Origin: Octopus vulgaris
Taxonomy: Eukaryota
Direction of reading: 5' to 3'
Length of the DNA stretch: 64,000 nt
NCBI GenBank assembly: GCA_951406725.2
Contig: OX597822.1
Coordinates: 90,768,001-90,832,000 of the forward strand
Under the pieces are notes generated by a model. It did no database searches. It saw nothing but the letters and a program-made list of their open reading frames with translations, and was not told the origin of the DNA. Below, in pieces: positions 37,901 to 51,495 of this stretch. Position numbers and translations under genes: made by a program. The stretch's first letter is position 1, and every line of letters starts with the position of its first letter.

Positions 37901-38158
37901 GACTGGCTTCCGTGCAGGTGGCACGTAAAATGCACCAATCCGACCATGGCTGATGCCAGCCTCGCCTGGCACCAGTGCAGGTGGCACGTAAAAAGCACCC
38001 ACTACACTCACGGAGTGGTTGGCGTTAGGAAGGGCATCCAGCTGTAGAAACATTGCCAGATAAGACCGGAGCCTGGTGCAGCCTTCTGGCTTCCCAGATC
38101 CCCAGTCGAACCGTCCAACCCATGCTAGCATGGAGAACGGACGTTAAACGATGATGAT
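34931..38158 (+). mobile_element. RTE-clade LINE, near full length (APE endonuclease + RT with internal deletion + structured 3' UTR + (GAT)n tail)
   Basis: ORFs 34887-36188 (CCMQEVRW, SAYAPQ, GDFNGHVG, QIDYIL), 36182-36742 (KAPGPSG, NYRGIKL, QFGF) and 36684-37520 ([23 protein letters not shown]). Confidence 0.95.
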
Positions 38159-38215
38159 AGACATACATGTGTGTGTTTGTATATGTACACATGTGTGAGT
38201 ATTATATATAATGTG

Positions 38216-39490
38216 TTTGCATGGATGTTGGTTCACTTGCACTAGACAAGGCTGCAAAGAGAGAAGTTTGGAGACACCACTATGAAAGGTTGCTGAATAA
38301 AGAAAATGAATGGGAGAAAGAGAGTCTGCCGAATGTCGACCAAACAGAGGGACCTGCTATCCGAGTTGACAGTACCTTAGTAGATAAAGCAATTATGAGT
38401 ATGAAGACAGGGAAAGCTCCCAGCCCATCAGGAATCACTGCCGAGATGCTCAAAATATCTGGCAGTGTTGGCTATAGCCTAGTCACCCATATAGTTAACC
38501 AGGTGATACACGAAGGAGTCTTACCCAATGACTAGTGTAGCAGCACTATAGTCAACTGCTACAAAGGAAAAGGTGACGCTTTAGATACAAATAATTATAG
38601 AGGTATCAAGTTGTTAGATCAGGTCACAGAGAGGGTCAAAGCCCAACTAATTAGGGAGAAAGTCAGTTTAGATGAGATGCTGTTTGGTTTCGTGCCAGGG
38701 AAAAGCACCACTGATGCTATATTTCTGGTAAGACAGCTGCAGGAGAAATACCTGGCCAAAGATAAACCTCTGTACCTGGCTTTTGTTGACATGGAGAAAG
38801 CCTTTGACAGGGTCCTCCGATCCCTTATCTGGTGGTCAATGAGGAAACTAGGGATAGATGAATGGTTAGTGAGAGCTGTGCAAGCCATGTGCAGGGACGC
38901 TGTTAGTAAGGTGAGGGTTGGCAATGAGTACAGTGAAGAATTCTGGGTGGAGGTAGGGGTCCACCAAGGTTCAGTCCTTAGCCTCTTCCTATTTGTCATA
39001 GTCCTCCAGGAAATAACAGAGAAATTCAAGACAGGATGCCCCTGGGAGCTCCTCTATGCTGATGACCTTGCTCTAATTGCTGAGCCACTATCAGAACTGG
39101 AGGAGAAGTTTCAGATGTGGAAACAAGGATTAGAATCGAAGGGCCTTAGAGTCAACCTAGCTAAAACCAAAGTCCTAATAAGTAGGAAGGCAGGCAAACC
39201 ACAAATCCCTCCAGGTAGATGGCCCTGCTCGATCTGTAGCAAAGGCATAGGTAGAAACTCTATAAGATGTACTTAGTGTAAGCTATGGACACATAAGAAG
39301 TGCAGCTATATCAAAGGAAGGCTAACTGGGAAGATAGTTTTTGTATGTGGCAGATGCTGAAGAGCAATAAACACTGAAAATGTGCAAAGAACAACTTCCG
39401 TCACATTCCAGGGAGTAAAACTACGAGTAGTTGATAGCTTCCGTTACCTAGGTGACCAAGTCAGTAGCGGGGGAGGGTGCACTGAAAGTG
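38216..39490 (+). mobile_element. RTE LINE RT fragment
   Basis: DMEKAFD, GVHQGSVLS, LLYADDLAL; truncated at both ends, with stop codons. Confidence 0.93.
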
Positions 39491-39795
39491 CGATCACTGT
39501 GCAATGACTATGGAAAATAGTATATAAGCTCTCAAGAGAAGAAAGATTTTCCTGAATAGGAAAGCCCTCTTTCTTCTGTCAAGGGCTTATATACCCCTTT
39601 ATTAGACTATTTTCATGGTAATCGCCATAAGCCTTATAAAAATACCATTATTATTATTTACAGGATTGTAAAAACAGTGCCGTATAAAAAACCATTTGCA
39701 CCGAAAGCATATATATATATATATATATATTACACGTATATGTTATATATATATTTATACATATATATATATATATGTGTGTGTGTGTGTATGTG

Positions 39796-39828
<33 letters not shown>

Positions 39829-39877
39829 ATATATATATATTGTATATGTTATATATGTATCTATCTATCTAATGTAA

Positions 39878-39908
<31 letters not shown>

Positions 39909-41078
39909 GCTATCTATCTACCTACCTACCTTCCTACCTACTCTATCTTTCCATCGTTAAGCCAGCCCGAGCAGTCTTAAGAAATCTCGGTCAGAATTTT
40001 CAGACAATTATGGTTCCTGTTAGTGTATATGTTTTCAGTCATGTTCCTTAACTACAGCATTAGAGCATTTTGGTTCTTATTTCTAACAATGTAGGTGTTT
40101 TTTGACACCCTAGTCACATTTAGTGACAAATATATTTCTCCATTTTGGTGAAACATTGCAACCTGCTGCTTATATTAATTATATATATATATATATATAT
40201 ATAAAGATAAATTAAATATAGGGATATACTATTGACAATCCAAAAATTTATGTATATTACAATATTGCATTAAATACTATGTATATAATATAACATAACA
40301 TAATATTATATTTGCAAAAACCATCAAAGGCCAACAAGTTGTTTCAACTTATATATATTTTTTCTAAACCACAATCCCAAAGTGACTTTATATATAATGG
40401 AACTGTGATTATGTATATCAAAAGAAATATGTATAAGTTGAAGCAATTTGTTGGCCGTTTATGGTTTTTATAATTATTTATGTTATATTATATTCATAGT
40501 ATTTAATGTAATATTGTAATACAAATAAATTATTGGATTGTCAATAGAATACCTCTATACTCTTTCACTTGTTTCAGTCATTTGACTGCGACCATGCTGG
40601 AGCACCGCCTTTAGTCGAGCAAATCGACCCCGGGACTTATTCTTTGTAAGCCCAGTACTTATTCTATCAGACCCTTTTGCTGAACCACTAAGTGACGGGG
40701 ACATAAACACACCAGCATCGGTTGTCAAGCAATGCTAGGGGGACAAACACAGACACACAAACATATACACACATACATATATATACATATACACGACAGG
40801 CTTCTTACAGTTTCCGTCTACCAAATCCACTCACAAGGCATTGGTCAGCCCGAGGCTATAGTAGAAGACACTTGCCCAAGATGCCATGCAGTGGGACTGA
40901 ACCCGGAACCATGTGGTTGGTAAGCAAGCTACTTACCACACAGCCACTCCTGCGCCTATATTTAATTTATCTTTATTATTGAATTATACCAATATTTATA
41001 TGGTATCCAACTGATGTACAGTGAATTGGATGTTTCACACACCCCTATGAAGGTTTTCTTTTCCTCAATTTCTTACTT

Positions 41079-41113
<35 letters not shown>

Positions 41114-42027
41114 GGTGGTTTATTAGCAATTTACAACTGAAAGGCAGAACTATAGATGTCAATAAAGTGACTAAGAATACTAGTGAGCACCAGCAATGCT
41201 AAGAGTCAAAATCAACTCTTTGCTATGATAAAGCACTTATCTTATTACTGACAAGGGAGTCAAGCTCCCTACAGCTTCCAAGGCATAGCCAGATCACCAG
41301 TGATTTTGCATTTATATTAATGCTCATCAATGACTCTTACCCAGCTGCCTAGGGTTAAGCTGAACAAGCAATAGCCAAAGTACAAATCTGAAGAAACAGA
41401 AGTTTCTTTGTAGTTGTACTTTTTTTTAACTACCACCGTCACTCAAACAAGGTTAATTTATTCTTTTTTTTTAATTGTATGAATAATTTGAAGGTTACCT
41501 TGGCTCTGTTACTTTTGTTGTTGGTGGTGGTATTATTATAATACTTACATAGGTATGTTTGTGTCCCCCGGGAACCGATAATTTAATCGGTGGAAAGTAA
41601 TGTATATTGTATGCCCAGAGTATACAGTAAAATCCAACAGGAATTAATCACATTCCACCCGTTGAAGTGCCCACACATGGCTGTTGCTGAAAATTATTCA
41701 ACTATACAGTAACTGTAAAGAATGATTCTCTATAATAGTATATGAATATAAACTCAGCAACTTAAAGCTGATGTGCAGTGCAGAAATAAATGTTGTCATT
41801 AACTGATATCTTCCAACTTTGTGTTATACTATTCATGTATTAATCTTTTTTAAAGAGTAGCTCTGCATGTGTATCTAGCCCTGGAGTATACCCTACTGTA
41901 GGATAACATGTGGTGGCCAAATAACGACATTAGTGCTCTTGAATGCAGATTATGAGGATTTTACCTGAATTATACAATATAATTTTTTTCCTCTGTCTTC
42001 CCTTCTCTGGATCTTTCCTTCTCCAAT

Positions 42028-42062
42028 GTTTCCGACGAAGAGCTCTGCTCGAAACGTTAAAC
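42028..42062 (+). ncRNA. Minimal hammerhead (family B)
   Basis: gttt-CCGACGA-A-GAGC-TCT-GCTC-GAAA-C-GTT-aaac; U4C core variant. Confidence 0.65.
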
Positions 42063-42185
42063 CCTCCTTCTTCTCTTCTTTCCTGAGCGTCCAATAATAC
42101 TATATTTGTTCCACGTCCTCGCGTTGTTGTGTTTTTTTGTGTTTTCTTGTTTGGATTAACTTTATACTATATATACATACATATA

Positions 42186-42590
42186 GGCGCAGGAGTGGCT
42201 GTGTGGTAGGTAGCTTGCTAACCAACCACATGGTTCCGGGTTCAGTCCCACTGCGTGGCATCTTGGGCAAGTGTCTTCTGCTATAGCCCCGGGCCGACCA
42301 ATGCCTTGTGAGTGGATTTGGTAGACGGAAACTTAAAGAAGCCTGTCGTATATATGTATATATATATATGTGTGTATGTGTTTGTGTGTCTGTGTTTGTC
42401 CCCTTAGCATTGCTTGACGACCGATGCTGGTGTGTTTACATCCCTGTCACTTAGCAGTTCGGCAAAACAGACCGATAGAATAAGTACTGGGCTTACAAAG
42501 AATAAGTCCCAGGGTTAATTTGCTCGACTAAAGGCGGTGCTCCAGCATGGCCACAGTCAAATGACTGAAACAAGTAAAAGAATAAAAGAA
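42186..42590 (+). mobile_element. tRNA-derived SINE (abundant octopus-type family), full copy
   Basis: Head GGCGCAGGAGTGGCTGTGTGGT..GGTTCAGTCCC (A/B-box-like). Homologues at 8170-8500(-), 14725-15030(-), 27572-27957(-), 40563-40958(-), 51835-52237(+) and partial copies elsewhere. Confidence 0.88.
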
Positions 42591-44227
42591 AAAGAAAATA
42601 CATGCATACATACACACACACACACACGCATTTTGTTGTGTCTGGGGAGAGTCATTCTCTTTTTGTGCCTTATTATTTAACACTCATTTAAAAAATGTTT
42701 TCTAAAATTTTCATTGCATCTTGCAACCTTTTCAATAGTCGTTGAATAGACAGTGTTATCAAAAATTAATAAGAATAATAGAACATTATCAAGGTAATCC
42801 AAATTGGTGACATTTTAACTGAACATCTGAAAAAGTTTTAGCTGTTAATAAACACTAACAAAAAGAAATGCCTAAATCAAATTCAACTTATGACATAAAT
42901 TCATTCAACCATCAGTGACGTCATTGAATGACTAATATGCTTTATAAAAATAGAAATAAGGATAAAAAAAATAAATATAAAACCAAAAATAAAATAAAAA
43001 TGAAAAATAAACTTATTTAAGAAAAGTGATTCAATTACTGGAGACTTTACTCTGAAGTTACCAATGATGAAATCCAAATGAAAGATAAAAAACACCATAC
43101 TAATTCTACAATATAACAATTTGAAAATCCATAGTAAAATAACCCCAAAAATGAGTATTTTTTTATACACAATTATTAATGACATTGATAGATAAAAAAG
43201 AATAAAAACTACAGACAAAAATTCTACATTATGCCTAACAGATAACTGAAAAATAAAAACTACATATAAGAATTCTATGTTCACCTTAATAGAAACTTAG
43301 ATACTTTACATTGCAATCACCTATTTACTTCATCATCATCGTCGTTTAACGTCTGCTTTCCATGCTAGCATGGGTTGGACAGTTCGACTGGGGTCTGGGA
43401 AGCCAGGAGGCTGCACCAGGCCCAGTCTGATCTGGCAGTGTTTCTACAGCTGGATGCCCTTCCTAACACCAACCACTCCATGAGTGTAGTGGGTGCTTTT
43501 TACGTGCCACTGGTCATTCAGTTTAGCTTGGGTAAAATGATGTGTATGCATGTATTTCTTCCACTGAGTATTTTAAATATCTCAGCAGTAATTTCTGATG
43601 GACCAGGAGCCTTCTCTATCTTGATATTTTTTATTGCTTTGCCTTATTATATTAAATCCTTTTATATGAATTAACCTTATATAATAATTGAAATATTATT
43701 ATAATTAATAATATACACAATTATAGATGACATTGCTGGATAACTAAAGAATAAAAATTACAGATAAGAATTCTACATCATGCTTAATAGAAGCTGAGAT
43801 AATTTATGTCACGATAATTATCTATTTATTCAATATATTAATCCCTTTTATAGGAATTAACCTTATCATATAATAATTCAAACATTATTATAATTAATAA
43901 TTGAAATATTTGAGTGTCTTTCTAAATTCATTTTAAAATAAAAGTGCCCATTAAAATTCAATAGAATTAATGTGGAAGTAATTATTTTAATTTTTATTCT
44001 TATATTTATTTTTGTAAAGCATATTAGTTATTCAATGACATCGCTAATGGTTGAATGAATGAATGTTCTAAGTTGAATTTATTTAGGCATTTCTTCCACT
44101 GGGTATTTTAAGTATCTCAGCAGTAATTCCTGATGGACCAGGAGCCTTCTCTATCTTGATATTTTTTATTGCTTTGCCTATTATGCTACTGTCAACTGTA
44201 ATGGTTAGTCCTCTATTGGGTTCATAT

Positions 44228-46536
44228 CACAGGTCAACAAGTATTTCTCATCAAGCATATGTCAAGGTGTACTTAGTGTAGTTTCTAATGCTGATTTCAA
44301 ATATACAATTAGTTTTTTGACATCATGTACAGTTTTCAAGATGAGAAAGTTTTTTGGTTTAGCTCATGCATTATATAGAAATTCCAATTAATGACGTGGA
44401 TGAATGTATTTCATTTACATCATGGAAACATACCTTTACAATTGATTACATTATTCATTGCTGCATAGTTCAGATGCTATATTTCATCATCTTAGATTAA
44501 CCAATCAAGTTTTGTCTGATGAAATAGGTATTTCAACATCTCAACTTGTCCAGTGATAATTGGTCTGATGAAATATTTCATCATCTCAAATTCAATATAA
44601 GTATAATCGTTTGTATCTATTTCCTTACTTGTTTTACACTGTTAACAATGTCGAGACAGTGCATAAATCATCCTGATGTGTCTTGTTATGTCTGTGGACA
44701 ATTTATTGTGAAAACTGGCACTACATTTTATATGCTCAGCTTGCTCAAATGGCTAACATGACTGGTTCAATAATAATAATAATAAGTCCATACCTTTTGC
44801 CATTCCAATGATATGGAGGGAGCCAAAAGACCATTGTAATGACTGTTATTTTTGTAAAGTAAATGTCATAGGATTTTCTGTGAAAAATAAACACAAAATT
44901 GTGTATCCCAATTTGGATTCTGCAATGAGACCTGTGCTACACAATGGAAGTCTTCCAATTCCAGTTCCACCAGATGATGGTACTGAAACATCAGGTGATG
45001 ATGCTGACTGTCATGAATGATAGTGCTGCTGAAGAAGGTTACGTGGCTGATGACAGTAGCTTTGAACCGAAGAAATTTTACCCAAGCTGAACTGAATGCC
45101 CTTGTCAGATATCTATCCCTCTCAAAAAATAAAGCAGAACTGTTGGCATCAAGACTGAAGAAGACGTATCTGATAGAGCACGATGTTTGTACAACTTACT
45201 TTGGCAGAGAAATGTGGTTCTACAAACATTTTTCTGTTGAAGACCTGTTTTGCTTTTGCAGTACCATCGATGGAGTTTTCGAATCTTTATCACAAAATCA
45301 TGACCCTGCAGAGTGCAATTTGTTCATTGACTCTTCAAAACAAAGTTTAAAAGCTGTACTTCTACGTAATGGTAATTTGAAGCCCTCCATTCCTATTGTA
45401 AACTCCTTTCATCTTCTTGAATCATATGAGAATATGGAACTGTTACTTAATGCTATTGTCTATGAAAGATATTCATAGAAAATACCTAGAGATATAAAAG
45501 TCATTGGAATGTTAATGGAAATGAAGTCAGGTAACACAAACTATTGTTGTTTCATGTGTTTATAGGATAGTCGGGCAACTGACAGACATTATTCGGAATC
45601 AAACTAGCAGACAAGAACATCATACCAACTAGGACTGTCTAGCATCACCAATACACCTGTTGTAGATCCATGTAAATGTCCTATTGCCTCCTTTGCACAT
45701 AAAGCTTGGATTGATGAAACAGTTTGTAAAGACACTAGGGAAGAGAAATATCAGAGGGTTTGAGTATATTGTTGAAAAGTTTCCCAAAATCACACAGGCA
45801 AAGTTAAAAGGAGGTATCTTTGTCGGACCCCAAAATTACAGAAGTACTCAAAGATATCAACTTCAAGACAACACTGGATGAACTGGAACTGCCTGCCCAG
45901 AATGCTTTCAATTGGATCTGTGAGAATTTTTTGGGCAACAAGAAGGCAATGGACTACAAGGATGGCATCAAGAATCTTCTGAAATGTTACTCAGCAATGG
46001 GTTGTTGCATGTCACTGAAAGTACACTTCTTGGACTCCCATCTGGATTTCTTCACAGCTAACCTTGAAGCAGTGTCTGATGAACAGGGTGAAAGATTTCA
46101 CCAGGACATTAGTGCTATGGAGAAACGGTACCAAGACTTCTGGAATGACAGTATGCTGGCTGACTACTGCTGGACACTTTACCATGATCAACTAGATCAG
46201 GAACACCGCAGAAAATACAAATCACAATGTTTCTAACTCTGTTGTTCTAACTTTGTCTGTTTTGTCTGACCCATTTTTTGTGTATTCACTTTTTGTAGAT
46301 TGATAATGATTTTCAACTCAATAAACTCATTTACTTTCTAGAAATAATATGTCCTTATTTATCACATTAATGATTTCATATATACAAATATGTAGATATT
46401 TGCATATATATACTGAAAATCTGATACATGCTGCATGCAAATAGAATGAAATTTTGAAATCAGCATGAAAAATTAGTCTAAAAAAGTTGGTTTGCTTTTA
46501 TAATGAGTATAATACATTTAATTTTGTTGACCAGTG
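44228..46536 (+). mobile_element. Chapaev3 (CMC) DNA transposon, both TIRs, decayed transposase
   Basis: TIRs CACAGGTCAACAA / TTGTTGACCAGTG with a TAT 3-bp duplication; CYVCG, PMIWREPKDHCNDCYFC, LFIDSSKQSLKAVLL, PPLHIKLGLMKQFVK, SDEQGERFHQD, MLADYCW. Confidence 0.92.
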
Positions 46537-46662
46537 TATTTAGAAAACTCTCTTGTACTTTCTCTACATTTAGTTGCCTTTTATAGAGGTGTCTCCATGC
46601 CTCTTTCTTTTCAGAATCACTCAATTCAAGTTCACCATCATCTATCCATACACACATTCACA

Positions 46663-46715
<53 letters not shown>

Positions 46716-47754
46716 CATGTGTAACACAGAATTAAAATGGTACTACATATTCCAGTCTTTGTTTATATTAAATCTGCTTGTTTGTTTGCCCATTATACTT
46801 TAGTTAGTTAGTGAGGTGGAATTGGAGTGAGAGAGAGGTGGAGTAAAAGTGTGTGTGTGTGTGAGGGAGAGAGAGAGAGGAACATGAGGAGTGTGAGTAG
46901 AGAAGAAAGAAGTGAGGAAGAAGTAGAAAGAGGTATAATAAGGCCAAATGCATGACATGGTTAGTTGAAGGGAGAAGTGAAGAGTGAGAGAACAAGAGGG
47001 AGAGAGAAGTGTTAATGACATGCTATAGGGTGGGGATGAAAAGGTAAAGAGAAAGATATATGTTTAGGATACAATATTTAGCAGAGAGTAATGTTCTGGG
47101 GGTGAGGTTAAAGAAAGGCGGTTAAAGTGAGATGGGCAGGGGAGACAGTTACATTAAGAGAGAGATAGAGTGAGAGTTAGTCGAAGTGACAGTTGATAAA
47201 GAGAGAAATGTTAAAGATATGAAGATGGGAATTACATGGTTAAAAAGTTTGTTGAAGAAGTAGTGCTTACTATTAGACAAGCCTCTCTGGTGTTTTAGAA
47301 CATGACCTTTAAGCCAAGTATTGAGAAGAAAGCCCATCAAGCCAAGTAAAATTGTATTCGTGGCAGATACTGGTGTCACACAAATGGCACCTAAAAGCAC
47401 CCATTACACTCTTGGAGTAGTTGGCGTTAGGTAGGGCATCCAGCTGTAGAAACCATGCCAAATCAGATTGGAGTCTGGTACAGCCTTCTGGCTTGCCAGC
47501 CTTAGTCAAACCGTCTAATCCATCCCAGCATGGACAACAGACATTAAATGATAATAATGAATATATTATTGTGACTGGAAGTGAAATACTTAGCAAAATA
47601 AAAATGCAAATCATCCTTTCTATCTTAAATAGCTTCTCTTAATCTTTTTCATTCTGTGGAATTTCCACAGGTCTCCCTAGTATATATTTACTCTGTAATT
47701 ATTATATTTCTCCAGGAATTTCAAATTATATGTATGATTTTTTTTCATTTAAAA

Positions 47755-49750
47755 CACTGGGCAACAAAAAGAAAATTTTTGTCTGGTGCCTGGAATATTT
47801 CAGTGAATTCTTAAATGATTTTGCCTGCTAAATTCAAAAATAACTTCAGTTTTTCTCTATCAGGTCTAGCTTTTGTACTAATCCTGATAGAGTTAGTATT
47901 TTATTCATACTAAAGGCATATAGTATGAATCAATAAACAGAGCATGACACAAAACAAAACAGTACAAATAAAAATTCAAAATCCAAAATGCACACTGGTT
48001 AAGATTTTTGGCTGAAAATTCAAGGAATAAACTTGCGCTTCTTTGTGCACCGTGAATGTTGAGCAACTGGAGTATCTCGTTTTAAACACCAGCAATAGTC
48101 TGCTATCATCACAGGATCCCAACATCCTTGGTACCAAGTTTCCATCTCCTTGATGTCCTGATGGAATTGTTCACCTTACTTATTGCTAACATCTCCGAAA
48201 TTTTCAGGAAAACAGTCATGATAACTAAAAAGATAATGCATTTTGATGCTCATATTCACACCAATATCATGAAAAGTTGACATTAAGTTGGTAACAAGGT
48301 CCCAAGGAAATTTTGCACTTCTTCTGCAAAGGCTAGCCAATTTTCATTCACTACTTCATTCACTACTTCCAATTTTCATTCACTACTTCATTTTCACTCA
48401 CTACTTCCATGAAATTTGTCCTTCAAGAGTTTACGGATCTGTGGTCGATCAAAAATCCCTTCTTTAAGTTTTTCAATTGTCAAGTCTGGAAATACACTGC
48501 AGATATACTTGAAGCACTCCCCATTTTTGTCAAGAGCTTTGATGAATTGCTTGATCAATCTGTGTTTGATGTACAAAGGGGGTGAAATGATCTTATCTCA
48601 TTCAACTAAAGGTTCTTCCAATATATTGGCAGCTCTACATGGAGCCATATTTGTTGGAGACAGCCAGTCTTTCTTAATATTGTGGTTTACTCCGTCTCTA
48701 CTGTCCCACATGCAAAGAAAGCATGGGTATTTGGTATAACCAGATTGCTACCCCATGAGAAAATTCACCATCTTTAAGTCAATGCAGATGACCCATTTAT
48801 GGTTATGATGCAGTATCTTCTCTAAAACCGACTTAGTTTCTTCATATTTTTCCTTCAGAGTTGTTGAGTGGCCAAGTGGGACAGAACTATACACATTCCT
48901 GTTGTACAATACACATTTTAAACTACACTTAGAGCTGTCTACGAAAAGACACCATTCCTCTGGTTTGTATTCCTCAATGCCAAGTTTATTAAGAAGCCCA
49001 CTGACATCTCTGCAGTAAACCAGCTCTTCCTCTTTTATGAAAAAAAGAAAGAAACTCTTCATGCCGACTTTGATAAAATGTTATACGGACACCATTCTCT
49101 AGAAGATTCTTCTCTGTCAGTTGACAAGCCAACAGTTCTGCAGAATTTTTTGGGAGGTTCAAGTCACAAACTAGATCATTCAACTGTACCCGGGAGAATA
49201 GCTGAGGTAAAGTCTCAACTGAAAAGTCTTGATCTCTAGTGTCTTCTTCAGGTGATGTATCTTCTTTGGTTGAGGGTAAAGTTATCTGAGACATTGAAGA
49301 CAAGAGTAGGAAGCTCTTTACTGTATGGAACTGGTCTAATAGCAGAAGCAAGATTAGACTAGACAAAGTGTTTGTTGATTTTTTTCCGGTTAATACCCTT
49401 CAAATTTAGGTTACAAAAAAGCTGTCATCCACATGATTATAGGGATCCCGCTATACCGTTGGTATAGCAAACCTCATACTTTACCTTGTCCCTTTAGTCC
49501 ATTGTCGCAAATGTTCTGTACATTGTTTGTAGACACTATGCAGTACCCAATATTTGTCTTGGCCTCCCAGCTTGACTCCAAAATATGCCATATACGCTCT
49601 TTCAACAAAATCAGTAATGTTTTTTTCGATTTTCAGGTAATGTTTATTTTCCACAAGCATAACAAAACGCATTTGGAAAATTAACACAACACTTTCATGA
49701 AGAGAACATCTTGCTCATTTTCTATTGCTTAGATCTAAAATGTATGGAAA
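47755..49750 (-). mobile_element. Second, divergent Chapaev3 transposon
   Basis: TIR CACTGGGCAACAA at 47755; LNDLVCDLNLPKNSAELLA, LFVDSSKCSLKCVL, DLKMVNFLMG, GIFDRPQIRKL; far end not resolved. Confidence 0.85.
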
Positions 49751-50316
49751 AAGAAAAAAACTCCATATATATATATATATATATATATATGAAGCTATCA
49801 CAGTAAGCTTCTCATAAAGATTCGGCTATCAATCCACATAGTAATTGTTACAAAATAGTGTAATGTAAAGTAGCCATGTAAAAAAAAATTCAGAAAATCC
49901 AACCTCTCATACTTCCTGACTTTATGTTTGAAATCTATCTCTTATAAGCAAATACTATTTGGTAACATGTAACATGCTTTTTGTAATTGTTTTAGATGCC
50001 TCTATACTCATGTGTTGACTTGGACTCTGTTTCATCCTCACTACCTTTGACCCAGCTGAGCATTAGTATTGTAACTGCTGGGAGGAAAAAGGGTTGCGCC
50101 ATTGCTATGCTTAGTACTTACTTTTAGCACCGTGGAGTGTTGTAGTTTGAAATGAACTGCTTTGCTCAAAGACACTATTTGCCTCCTGTTTTAGGAATCA
50201 AATTTATATCCTTGTGATCATGAGCCCAACACCCTAACCCCTAAGCTCAATATATGTGTGTATGTTTGAATATATGTGTGTGTGTATATATATATATATG
50301 TGTGTGTGTATGTATA

Positions 50317-51269
50317 CAAGGTTCATTCCAGAAGCTTTAAGACTTGTTCAAGAGAGACAAAGTACAAAACTTTTCTTCTTCAAAGTAGGATCCTCTGATT
50401 TCAACTTCTCTTGCTGTAGTTCTCTAACCACTATATAGAAGACCATAGTGAAGGTGTCCAGGACCTTTATCACAGCCTCCTTCATCTTCTTCTGCTCAGA
50501 AAATAACCAAAAGTAACAGGGAACAAGGTCTGGACTATAGGGAAGGTGAGGGGCAGTTTTGATGATCATCTCTGTCACATGGTTGGTTACCAGGATAGAA
50601 TTTTGGGCAGGTGTTCTGGCCTTTTGCCGTGAAATTTCTTCCTCAACTCCTTCAAAACCTCCACAAAGTATTCTTTGTTGACTGCCTGGTCAGAGGGAAC
50701 CCAGTGAATGTGCCCTTACTGCTGAAGAAGAGGACAATCACAAACTTCCCTGTGGATTTGCTTTGCCTAGCCTCTTGTGCAAGTGGAAAACAAATGCTTG
50801 GCTCATACAAGTTAATCCATAATCAGTCTGGAGCATTTCATAAGTTTCTATTCCCTCTCTCTCTCTTTCGGAGAGGCACAAGCACCTACATGCACCTATA
50901 CACACACGACAGTAACATCTGCCTACCACATTCAATCACAAAGCTTCGGTCAGCCCGGGGCTATAGCAGAAGACACTTGCCCAAAGTGCCACGCGGTGGG
51001 ACTGAACCCGAAACCATGTAGCTAGGAAGTTGTATGGTGATATTCCAAATTGTCTTCACGTCTTGACTGCATTCTGCAAAATAGCTTTGACAAGCTGTGT
51101 TTAGTAGAGTGTGTTCAAAATGTCATTACAGCTATCTCCTTCGATCTGGAATTAAAGAACTTAGCAGGTCAGCTTATTAGATGTATAGCAATGATATACT
51201 AAAGTTACACCAATTTTAGATATAGCTGCCTCTCCTTAAAAAGTCTCAAAACTTCTGGAATGCACCTTG
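50317..51269 (-). mobile_element. Internally deleted mariner with SINE insertion
   Basis: TIRs CAAGGT(T/G)CATTCCAGAAG with TA flanks; HLPYSPDLVPCYFWLF motif. Confidence 0.82.
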
Positions 51270-51289
51270 TATGTATTTATGTATGTGTG

Positions 51290-51328
<39 letters not shown>

Positions 51329-51455
51329 ATGTATGTATGTATGTATGTATGTATATGTTTGTATGTATATGTATGTATGTATATATATGTATGTATGTAT
51401 GTATGTATATGTATGTATGTATATATATATATGTATGTATATATATATATGTATG

Positions 51456-51495
<40 letters not shown>

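Noticed and set aside
37870-38000. HDV-like or pistol ribozyme in the RTE 3'-UTR module
   Set aside because: There are too few nucleotides for HDV P3/L3, and the pistol P2/P3 elements could not be placed; kept only as a pseudoknot candidate.
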